Below the pieces are notes generated by a model, which was given only the letters and a program-made list of their open reading frames with translations, searched no databases and was not told the DNA's origin. The position numbers and the translations under genes were made by a program. Of a stretch of 64,000 bases of DNA, positions 1 through 11,397 are shown piece by piece. The stretch is from Octopus sinensis (Eukaryota): the NCBI RefSeq assembly GCF_006345805.1, contig NC_043009.1:48298001-48362000 (forward strand), written 5' to 3'. The first letter of the stretch is position 1; each line of letters starts with the position of its first letter.

Positions 1-242
1 TTTGAAATTCATATCATTTTGCTTATGTGTCTCTTTGTGACGATGAGTAAATGACTAAACTTAAAATAGTAATTCGTGGGTTAATTTTTTCTATGGGGGT
101 AAGTGGGTAGATAAGTACTAAAAAAGTAAAAATAACAAAATATACAATAATGGGATACGCCAATAGGTTTAGTCAAAGAGGGAGTGAAGGTACCATAAAG
201 TCTTGAAGTAATCATAATAACTTTTAATAATTATGGTTATAA

Positions 243-612
243 GCGCAGGAGTGGCTGTGTGGTAACTAGCTTGCTTACCAACTACATGTTTCCAGGTTCA
301 TTCCCACTGCGTGGCACCTTGGGAAAGTGTCTTCTACTATAACCCCGAGCCAACCAAAGCCTTGTACGTAGATTTGGTAGACGGAAACTGAAAGAAACTT
401 GTGTGTGTCTGTGTTTATCTCTCAACATCGCTTCACAACCCATGGTGGTGTGTTTACGACCCCGTAACTTAGCGGTTCAGCAAAAGAGACCGAGAGAACA
501 AGTACTAGGCTTCCAAAGAATAAGTCCTGGAGTCGATTTGCTCGACTAAAGGCGATATACCAGCTTGGCCGCAGTCAAATGACTGAAACAAATAAAAGAA
601 AAAAAGAAAAAA
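243..612 (+). mobile_element. tRNA-derived SINE, family A (near full length)
   Basis: A-box-like gtggctgtgtggt, B-box-like ggttcattccc, cttgggaaagtgtcttctactat core, internal TG-rich tract and 3' end gtcaaatgactgaaaca-A-rich. About 14 homologous copies are visible in the window. Confidence 0.85.
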
Positions 613-1195
613 GTACTAATTGATAGTTTTTTTATGACAATAAAGTGCCAACAAATTATTTCAATTACTTACCTACTAATATGTGGTAAAGTCCAACCAC
701 CTATTGCTCGTAATAGGATTGACCAACCTCCAGCGTTCGATATAATTGATCAGTTAAATTTAAAAACAAAGGGCAAGCTATTAAGACCGTTATATGGGTT
801 GATATAAATAAAGTATGGGAAAGTTGTATATGTTGTAAGGGGCCGAAAAATGCTTAGGACATTGTATATAAAAAACAAATATGTAAAGAAGTACAATGCA
901 AAGGCATGAACAACGCTAGCCGTATCATTAAAACATGGAGAGATATTTGTTTGGAAAATTGGGAATTAAGGCGGTTGAGTGGGGTGGAATGGGGGAACAA
1001 TGGTCCAAAAGCTTTATAGAATAGGAGTGTGAAATTAGTAGACAATGAAGGGAATTTATTCCGTAGGGAGAGAATTAAGGTGATAAAAATGATAATTACG
1101 GTTAAGGGGAGGTAATGACTAGGGAAGTGACCGAAATTGAGAGATAATAATTCAAAGTTTAGGCTCTTCTTTTCTTTTATGCATGTATTCTTCTT

Positions 1196-1297
1196 CACTC
1201 TGATGAAGCTCTAATTATTACCAAATATGATGAATATTATTTTAAGAATATCAATGGCAATACCATATATTGGAAGCAGAAACAGCTGTTAGATGAG
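1196..1297 (+). ncRNA. Possible degenerate minimal type-I hammerhead ribozyme (Penelope-type) with long stem II insert
   Basis: CTGATGA at 1200-1206 and GAAAC-AGCT-GTT-AGATG at 1279-1295, with the same palindromic ACAGCTGT stem III as the 13.5 kb motif. Stems I and II are imperfect. Confidence 0.4.
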
Positions 1298-1484
1298 ATG
1301 CAGTCTATTTGTATTGTTGATCAATATTTCTCCATTTTCTGTTTACTTTAAATTTGATTCCTGACAAACTTATGTTTATCTGTGTCATTACCTGTAATCT
1401 ACGAGCATATGTATTTCAAGGATTAACATAGGTAACTTTTATCCCTTAAACGGTTATACCAATCTCTAACACTACTAACCCCCT

Positions 1485-1507
1485 GTATATATATATATAA
1501 TAGTAAA

Positions 1508-1538
<31 letters not shown>

Positions 1539-1614
1539 ATAAATAGTAAAATATATATATATATGTATATAATAGTAAAAATGATATTAATAATATATGT
1601 ACGTATGTATATAT

Positions 1615-1665
<51 letters not shown>

Positions 1666-1915
1666 ATATATAGTAAAATATATATATATATTGTATATAA
1701 TAGTAAAAATGATATTAATAATATATGTACGTATGTATATATAATATATATATATGTAATAGTAAAATATATATATATATATTATATAATATTAAAATGA
1801 TATTATATATATGTACGTATATATATATATATAATATATATATATATAATATATATATATATAATATATATATATATAATATATATATATATATGTATGT
1901 ATGTATATATATACA
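1485..1915. repeat. Compound (TA)n/AT-rich microsatellite
   Basis: Directly visible interrupted TA runs. Confidence 0.9.
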
Positions 1916-2016
1916 AGAATGTTGTATGTTGTGTGTACATACTGAGAGGTTTCAGGCTTTAAGGGTGTCGCGAAAGGCTTGGTTAGAGGCCAAACTTTTT
2001 GTGTTCTTTTACATGG

Positions 2017-2346
2017 TTTGTTGTTTGGGGCAGAGGAGCAAAGGTATGTACCATCATAGAGGTCAGCTGCTCTGCAGATATAAATATCTCTTAGAAAATC
2101 AAAGAAAAAGAGAATATCTATGGAAAAATGCTTCGAAACCTCCAGCTTCTGTATCTAGACTATGAATTCATCCTCATACCAATAATAATTGGAGCATTAG
2201 GTTTTGTTAGTAAATGCTTAAAGGAGAGTCTGGATAAACTGGGGTTTTCAGAAAGAGTAATTGACCGGCTGATTCGTACATTACAAGTTCAATCTGTGAG
2301 TGGAACAGTAAAAATATGTAAGGCTTTTCTCAAGTTCCAAATGTGA
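2017..2346 (+). pseudogene. 3' fragment of an RLE-type non-LTR retrotransposon (restriction-like endonuclease domain)
   Basis: In frame from 2017: FVVWGRGAKVCTIIEVSCSADINIS*KIKEKENIYGKMLRNLQLLYLDYEFILIPIIIGALGF...KICKAFLKFQM*. This matches the IEVSCPxDxN...KEKxxxY...PIIIGALG RLE signature; one premature stop. Confidence 0.75.
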
Positions 2347-2945
2347 ATTCGTCAGTGTTAACTACATCCCAGAGATGGAGCTTTGCATCTCAGTGGAAGA
2401 TTTATAATAATTAGAAACTAGAAGAGACGTACAGACAGACATGCTTATAATTTTACACATTCATCAGGTTATATACACTTTCATGTGAGCAAATGTTGAT
2501 TCTTCATTATTGTCTTTCCGCTTGTTGATGTTCGTTTTGATTTTGTTGTTGTTGCTGTTGTTCTTCTTCTTGCTCTTGTTGTTGTTGTTCTTCTTCTTCC
2601 TCTTCTTCGTCTACGTCATCGTCATCATCATCATCACCATCATCATCAATAATGGAAGTATGTGCTATTTATGCAACCGCCTTCCTCTAGGGCATGCCAG
2701 GTATTGTGTGTGTGTGTGTGTGTGTGTAAGTGTCCGTGAGTGTGTGTGTGTGCGTGTGCCTATGTGTGTATGTATATGTATATGCATGAATTTATGGATG
2801 TACATTTCTATTTTTGTATGTGTGCCAATCTATATATATATATGTCAATGTGAAAATTCTCTGTGCATGTCTGTGCTGATACATACCTATCAGAATTTTT
2901 CATATATCCACACATACAAACATAGATGTATATATATATATATAT

Positions 2946-4184
2946 ATATGTTAATAAAATAGAACATATGCATATATATAAACATATATGTACGTACCTA
3001 CCTCTACATGTACATATACACGCATATATGTGTACAGGACACCAAAAAGACGTCGAACACATAGAGAGACGAAACACATAGACACAAACCAAGGAACAAG
3101 ACAAGCAAAAAAAAAAGAAAAAAAAAAAAGAGATCAGGACAATAAGCACAACGAAAATCCCCTTCTTCAGTCGCTAAGGTTTCATCTACTAAACGTTTCG
3201 AAGGATAAAAGCGAGACGTATACTTCGAAGAAAACTTCCTTCCCGCGAAAAGCAAATCAATTAAAATTCTGAGATCTTTTCGCAGAGGGGTAAAAAAAAA
3301 GCAAGACGGTAACGACAGTACAAACATATAAACATAAAAAATATATATATAAACAGTGGAAAAATAAATATTAACAGTGAGAGACAGGACAAGGAGAACA
3401 AGATAAGAAGGGCAGTTAACGCCAGACGAAAAAAGTATTGCAAACGCTGGATTATCGTGGACGACGAGAGAGAGAAAATGTGTCGACCAGTAGCCTTACA
3501 AGGCGGCGAGAAAAGACAGGACAGCAGTTACGACGGAAGTATCGTCGCAGATGGACGACGGAATGGGGGAGGAGGAGCAAGAGGAAGAGAGAGAAGAAGG
3601 GGAATGGTGCGAGGAGACCATGAAGAATGGTGAAAGGGAGAGAGAGAATGAAGAATGAGAGAGAGAGGAAGAGACAAGTTAAGTGAGGGAAAAAAAGACG
3701 AAAAAGGAATGGGAGAGAAAGAAAGAAAGATGCAGAGTCGCGTGAGAGTTAATATCAAGGCTAACTTGATAAACAGAACAATCTTACTTAATAGGGTGCG
3801 TGCGTTTAGTCGTATAATATGTTAATAAAATAGAACATATGCATATATATAAACATATATGTACGTACCTACCTCTACATGTACATATACACGCATATAT
3901 GTGTACAGGACACCAAAAAGACGTCGAACACATAGAGAGACGAAACACATAGACACAAACCAAGGAACAAGACAAGCAAAAAAAAAAAAAAGAGAGATAC
4001 AGGACAAAGCACAACGAAAAATCCCCTTCTTCAGTCGCTAAGGTTTCATCTACTAAACGTTTCGAAGGATAAAAGCGAGACGTATACTTCGAAGAAAACT
4101 TCCTTCCCGCGAAAAGCAAATCAATTAAAATTCTGAGATCTTTTCGCAGAGGGGTAAAAAAAAAGCAAGACGGTAACGACAGTA
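2946..4184. repeat. Near-identical ~370-bp direct repeat (2946-3320 and 3817-4184) around a ~500-bp purine-rich spacer
   Basis: Both arms run from atatgttaataaaatagaac to gcaagacggtaacgacagta and differ mainly around the A-tract. Confidence 0.9.
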
Positions 4185-4322
4185 TATACAATTATAGGCA
4201 TATACATATATACGCATACATATATATATATATACATATATATTCATACATATATTTTACATACTTGCGTTGTTTCTGAACTTATGTGTTCTTACTCACC
4301 TGTGTATTCATTCGCGCCCGCA

Positions 4323-4363
<41 letters not shown>

Positions 4364-4375
4364 CATATATATCTG

Positions 4376-4430
<55 letters not shown>

Positions 4431-4435
4431 TTGTA

Positions 4436-4505
<70 letters not shown>

Positions 4506-4729
4506 TGGATGTGTGTATATGTGTATGTGTGTGTGTGTAATGTCTATTTGTAAGTTCTCAGTTTTGTTTGTTTTCTCTATAATCTTTTTGTTTTTTTTTT
4601 CGTCATGCTTACATATTTCTTTCTATTTTTGTTTTCTCCTTAATTCAAAAAACGGGAATTCATCATGTTTCTCACTGAACTATTTTTGCGTGCGTGTGAT
4701 TGTGTGCACGGCATGACTTTTTGCGTTTG

Positions 4730-4762
<33 letters not shown>

Positions 4763-5394
4763 ATATATATATATATAATATATATGTATATATATATATA
4801 CGCGACCTGTGTATACATTGATATATGAATGTGCGTTTTCTTCTGTATCCACAACCTGTGCCTGATTTAAAAACATTCTCTCTATTACTCATTACTGGTG
4901 GGTTTCGTCTACGCATCTACAACGGCTTTGCGTTGCGAAGCATAGATATTTTTGGTATATTTTATGCAGTACAGCAGAGCTCATTATTTTTTTGCATGTA
5001 TAGTATAGTGTATATAGACTATGTATGAGTATGTCTGTTTGTATATATAAGATATTAATAAAATGTATAATATGCATTACAAGGTGTTCACGCATAACAT
5101 GCTAAATACTGTACGTATGTTTTCCTGTCCTTATTTCCTGACCTGTATACATACATTCATGCATACATACGTACATACACACACGCGCACGCGAGCACAC
5201 ACACACACACACGAAATGCACATACACGCACAGACACAAACACATACACACAGACATGCACACACATACATATATATTTCAGTTGTTCGTGTATTCTTAG
5301 TATATATTCCAACAGCTGAAACAACCTCAAAATTTTTTTTTCTTTTTCTTCAGAGTTCCTCGTCGCTAATCATATATCTATCTTCTCTCTAAGC

Positions 5395-5405
5395 TTCTAT
5401 CTCTC

Positions 5406-5439
<34 letters not shown>

Positions 5440-5525
5440 ATATCTATCTATCTCTCTATTTATCTATCTATCTATCTATTTATCTATCTAGCTATCTATC
5501 CTCCGTATCTATTATCTAGCTCTTA

Positions 5526-5590
<65 letters not shown>
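5395..5590. repeat. (TCTA)n/(TATC)n microsatellite at the 5' flank of the Tx1-like LINE
   Basis: Directly visible; ends abruptly at 5590 where unique sequence starts. Confidence 0.95.
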
Positions 5591-6081
5591 CACAATGGAC
5601 GGACGCTAGTCATATCGGCTCCACGTAAGTTGGCCACTTTTACATGTTTAAAACTCCTTGTTGTCAAATATTTTGTTTTAATCGTTGTGCAAGTTCATTC
5701 ACTAAAAAACCTGAGAGTTATTCACGTAGAATTCCGCCCCTGTATGGGCGAAATTACAAAAAAACTTTCAAAACTTTCGTGGGTTTTTTAGCCATTTTTC
5801 ATTTTGAAAATGGCAACTAGAAACCACGTGGCTAGCCCGCCAGTCATGCAGAACGGTAGCAAAACACTATTGCTACCACTAGCTGCTAAACATCGCAGCG
5901 TGAACACCGCTGTCACCACCATCACCACCACCAACAACAACAACAACAAATCTAACGTCGCATTCACCATCGCCGCGACCAAAGACTTAACTTAGATTTC
6001 CCCTCACTCACTCCCCCACCACTTGTTGATGATAAGGGACAGAGAAAGGGATTTCAAAAATGAATACAAACGAAAACATGA

Positions 6082-7803
6082 ATGCCAGCACCACCACCAT
6101 CACCCACCAACAACAACAACAACGAAATTGGCACAAAGCGCTACCAAAGACAACACCGCCAACACAACACCACTACTACGACGTCAAATGCTACATCCAA
6201 GCCTTCTGCTGCTAATACCGCCAACACCAACACCACTACCATGACTTCAATTAACACTGCCACAATTAACACTTCTACTGCCAAATTCAAAACGAATTTT
6301 GCGGACGTAACAAAACAAAAAAGAACAATTGTAACATTCACCACACAAGAGATAAACCGCACAAAGGCACTCTTTTCCAAGAAGGAGACAAATTGCACCT
6401 TCATATTCCACAACACATCGTGGAAAACACGCAAAAAAAACAAATTTATAATAATAACAAAAAAAACAAGAAGAACAGAAAATGCACCGCAGGAAAAAAT
6501 CGATAAATGCCTTCGTCCTGTATGGGACTCCAAGGAATATATCAGTTGGGGAAACAAATTTGGTACAGTCCAAGTACGTTTCCTCAACGAAAGTTTAGCA
6601 AAACGTTTTTCCACATTGGAGCTGCATTCGGACGACTTGGTAATGATACCAGTCTACTTAAACAAAAGGGTCACGAAAGTCCAAATAAAAAACATACCAT
6701 TTGATGTCGAAACACAATGGTTGGTCTCTGCCATCTGCTTTGAAATGTCAGAGACAATGTCAGAGACAAACATCCTGGAAATCGCGGTTCTAGGAGAGAA
6801 AGACTATGTGGGCAAATCAATCGAATTCCTGCTTCAATGGATGAAGCAGCAAGAGAGAAGATACCCACCGCTATAGAACTGCCAGGGGCTACAAACTCTA
6901 TATAGTGGTAGAGGGCAGGCGACCACGCTGCTATTTGTGTGGAAGCGAAACACACTTGAAAAAGACGTGCCCAACCACTGCACACCAAGAGCAACAACAA
7001 CAACCACTACCACAACCAAAGCACTCCGGAAAAAAAGCTCTACTACCCCACACCACCATCAACACAGAAGACAAGAGAAGCACACCAAGCTAATCCGTCA
7101 TCAACCAAAAACCACTCGACACCTGAAAAAATACCAACACCCCCATCAACAGCAAAACCCAAAGGAACAGAAAAACAAAGAAAACACACACAAACTGATC
7201 CCCCATCCCTTATACCGCACTCAACACACACAACACTCAACAACCAACAACAACGAAAACAACCACAACCACTTACACAGACATACATAGAAGCCCACAA
7301 CATACCCCTACCCCCTTCTGATTCCTCAGAAATTTCGTCGGAAGACGAAACCAGTGAGGAATGGCAAATAGCTACAAAAAGAAGGAAAATAAAGAGCAGA
7401 AACACAACCAAACCAAATGCAAACACGAACAAAGCAGGGGGAAATACATCTCCCGAAGACATTTCAAAACCCAACGCAAACAACAGCCACACCAACACCA
7501 CAAAAAACATATACAGCAAACATGCTCACAGCCATAGACACACAAAAACACAAATTTGATGGAATACATCCAATCAAAAACAAACATAACAGAAGACAAA
7601 TAAAAAAACAAACATCACCCATACACAACACCACCAGACCACATCAAAATATTACACATCTCCAAAAGTCTGCACCACACACTCAAAGGCATTTTCCCCA
7701 GTGCGGTTGGTAAATGCCAAAATTCTCACAAAGAAACTGTACTGGGATCTTCTCGAGGACAAACAACGGAGGAGAAAGCAAAAACTTTCGAGCAGTAAGT
7801 AAC
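6082..7803 (+). pseudogene. Tx1-like ORF1 (nucleic-acid-binding protein), broken by indels
   Basis: Asn/Thr-rich N-terminus and an RRM-like segment (VQVRFLNE...VTKVQIKNIPFDV). Gag-type knuckle CYLCGSETHLKKTC at 6929-6970 lies in a shifted frame. Low-complexity C-terminus ends near 7800. Confidence 0.75.
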
Positions 7804-7829
7804 CCTCTGTATTCTAATTCATTAGAACT

Positions 7830-10800
7830 ATGATCAAGATTGGTTGTGTAATGCGCGTGGCTTGGGGTCCCCTTGGAAACAAGGGTACCTCTTAAATGAC
7901 ATAAAGTCACATAAGTTAGAAATCATAGCCATAAGCGAGACCAGACTCCACAATCCGCGGGCCCTAAAGACCATGTTTGGCGGACAGTTCAACGTTTATT
8001 TTCCCCCTGTCTGCCGAGAATGGGCGGTAGTGGCACCGCGGTACTTTTTCACAAGAGTCTGGATCTCAATGTAAGGACAATATTCGTAGACCCGGAGGGT
8101 AGACTGGTCGTCCTGGATGTCGACGGCAGCAATGGGTGCGCTTTTCGACTCGTATCAGTTTACGCACCGCCCTTAACAGGTCGGGCGGATTTCTTTCAAC
8201 GTCTAGAAGTTTTCTTGGGAACGTCTCGTCCTTTACTCTTAGTGGGGGATTGGAATGCTACCTTGGACACGCATGTAGACTACGTGGGTAGAGATAGGAA
8301 TAGACGGGGATGCAAATGCCTCAGAGACCTGCTCAGACGCTTTCAACTGTCTGACAGGTTCCGACTAGACCACCCGAATGCGCCAACGTGGACATGGAGC
8401 AACCGCATCGGGTCGTCGAGATCGTATCTAGATAGGATACTGTGTAGGACAGTAGATAGAGATAGCATAGGATGTCCACAATTCCACATAGTCAGCTACA
8501 CGGATCACAAACTTGTGACATGTACGCTAGACTTAGGTAAGACACTTAGGCAGGGTCCCGGATACTGGAAACTAAACGCGTCTTTCCCATCGAGACAAGT
8601 TTTCAGAGACCGGATTAGCACACTAGTAAAGAGGGCTTTGACGGGAGCCATCATCAACAACAAATGGTGGTTTGCCCTCAAGAGAGCAGTAAAAGCAGAA
8701 GCGATTAGGTACAGCAAAGCACTAGCCATAGATAGAAATAGAGTAGAGGGTGAGCTAGTTAAGAAGCTAGAAGAGGCAATTAGAAGCGGCATCGCATCCG
8801 ACGTTTTGGCGGCGAGGTTGGCCCTCGACCAACACTTCAACGCCAAACACGAAGGATGTGCTGTCAGAGCTAGGATGCGTGCTCTAAGGAACGAAGGTGT
8901 TGGAGCCGCGAGAGAGGCCCGGGTGGCAGAGGCGCAACAGGGCAACAAAGCCACCATTCGGTCACTGGTAGATGAACAGGGGCGCGAATTGCTCGAGCCA
9001 AGTAAAATGTGTGAGGCCTTTCAGCAGCATTTTGCCCGACTGTTCGGAACGAGTGGAGGGCAAGAACGTAGGGTGGACTTCAGTGCCTACCTACATAGCC
9101 TACCACGACTCTCGACAAGAAAGGCAGGGTGCTGCGAAGGTGCCATCACGGCGGCGGAAGTGCGGGAAGCGATGGCAGAATGCTCGAGGGACAAATCACC
9201 GGGTTTGGATGGTCTACCCTACGAGCTTTACAATTGTATGCCAGACTTGTTTGGAGATCTCTTGGCGGCGGTGTACTGCAACTGGCAGCAAAACGGGAGC
9301 ATTCCTGGTTTTGTGAGCCGAGGAGCCGTAACACTGCTGAAGAAAGATCTAAACAAGGGAAATGTAATAGATAACTTTAGGCCCATCACTCTGCTTAATG
9401 CAGACTTGAAAATTTTGGCCAAGGTGCTAGCCAAGAGGTTGGCGCTTGTCATCGAGAAACTGGTCGACAAGGCGCAAACATGCGCCGTGCCAGGCCGGAC
9501 CATCCATGACAACCTCCATCTGATGCGCTACATCATAGACAGGGTAGTTAACGAACCTGGCATGGGTGGGGCCCTGATCAACTTGGATCAATCGAAAGCC
9601 TTTGATAGGGTAGACCATCGATACTTGGAGGCAGTCCTGAGAGCGGCTGGTTTCGGTCCCGTCTTCCGCGGCTGGATAGCTGCCTTGTACAGAGGCATCC
9701 GTTCGGTAATTCGCGTAAATGGACATCTATCGAGACCTTTCGACATTGCACGTTCGGTCCGTCAGGGATGCCCCCTCTCGGCGCTTCTATACGTATTGAC
9801 TCTTGAGCCACTACTGGACTGCGGAAGCTGGCGACTCGGGGCATCCCGCGAGAATTGGGATGCGGGACGAGCGTGTCTGCATACGCGGACGACGTCACCG
9901 TCATAGTGTCTAGCCACGAGCACATCGAGCTGGTCGGCGAGACACTGAAAAACTACGAAGCGGTGACAGGAGCGAAAATCAACCGGGAAAAGTCAGTGGG
10001 CTTGCGACTAGGCACCTGGAGAAGCAAGCCCATGCCGTCCACCAGCGCCTCCGTCGTGGGACGCTGGACCGACGGCCCGGTTGAGTTGCTCGGGGTCTGG
10101 TTTGGTCCGGACCTCCAAGTGGAGAAGAACTGGAACGAGATAACGAGTAGGGTGGTCACTCTCGCCCGGCAATGGGCCGAGAGGAAACTGTCCCTAAAAG
10201 GTCGAGCGGAGGTGGCGAACACGTACATCGCGTCCGTCATCTACTACCGCCTGACCGTCGTACCTTGTCCCGACCCTACCATCACCAACTACAACAACGC
10301 ATCCTCTTTCGCTTCTTGTGGAAAGGATGCGTCCCGATGGTCAGGCGATCCATTTGCTGTCAACACCCGTTAAAAGGAGGGCTGGGCATGCCGTGGTTGA
10401 TGATGCGCAGACACGCGCTGAGACTGCGACATCTCTGGCTCTATGTAGACGACGGTGAACAGGTGTGGTCGCCGTTTGTGAGGCACGCTTTCCCGCAGCT
10501 CGTCTCCATGACCGAACTGCAGTCGTGGATCAAAAAGAGGCCGAGGAAGGGCGAATGGCACCGCGAGTGTCGCGTTGCTCTCAAGCAACTCTGCCGTCCT
10601 GGGTCGACCTTAAGTGACTTCAACACAACCAAAGCATTCTATAGGGGTTTAGTGGAGGGGAGGTACGACGACGAGCTCGGGGCGAACCTGGACGTCGACG
10701 AGGAGTACCTGACCCGCCTGTTCGGGACGACTTTCGGGCCAGGGCCCATGGACAACTTCCAGAGATCCCTGCCTGGCAGTGCTACCGAGAAGCGCTACCC

Positions 10801-11268
10801 GTTCGGGATAAGCTCTACAGACACGGCTCGAGAAACACGGGGCCGACCTGCCCGAGATGCGGTCAGAGCGACGAAACCGTTCTGCACGCACTCGTTCAGT
10901 GTCCAACAATTTCCGACCTGTGGGCTTATGTCGAACAACTGCTGTCACGTGTGGGACGAGTCGGTTTATCAGCTGAGTCTATCGTCAATATTGTCACGCC
11001 TCCTTCCTTCAAACGGGAAGGAAGAGCTATTTTCATCATCCTTGTGGCTATGGCGAAAGAATGTATCTGGTGGACGCGTCTGAAAGGATTGGAGACAAAC
11101 ACTTTCCTCTCTGGTCAATCTCTCATCAACTTCTTCAAGTACCACTTGAAAAGGAAAGTGAGAGTAGAGAGGCAAGTTTTGTCTAGCGAATGTTTTAAAA
11201 AAAGATGGGTGAATGTAGCAAGAATGGCACGTATGAATGACGAAGCCACCTTGAGCATAGTCCTATGA
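7830..11268 (+). pseudogene. Tx1-like ORF2 (APE endonuclease, reverse transcriptase, CCHC finger) with about five frameshifts
   Basis: Motifs MIKIGC/NARGL...ISETRLH, SVYAP, GDWN, YLDRIL, DHKLV, PGLDGL, NFRPITLLNADLKILAKVLAKRL, LDQSKAFDRVDH, VRQGCPLS, AYADD (9882-9893) and CPRCGQSDETVLHALVQC (10849-10902); stop at 11268. Confidence 0.93.
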
Positions 11269-11347
11269 ACCCAGAAATCGAAAACAGAGAGTTGCTTATT
11301 TGCAAAAAAAAAAAAAAAAAAGAAATATAAATGTGACTTCATTGACC

Positions 11348-11397
11348 GAGGTTACCGTGGTCTTTTCCGTAGGCTTTTCTTTCCACGGGTAAACCTC
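11348..11397 (+). other. Predicted RNA stem-loop in the Tx1 3' UTR
   Basis: GAGGTTACCGTGG pairs with CCACGG(G)T(A)AACCTC; the second copy carries A-U in place of the basal G-C pair. Confidence 0.6.

Noticed and set aside
8505-8957. Antisense ORFs over the Tx1 RT region
   Set aside because: Expected shadow ORFs of a GC-richer coding strand.
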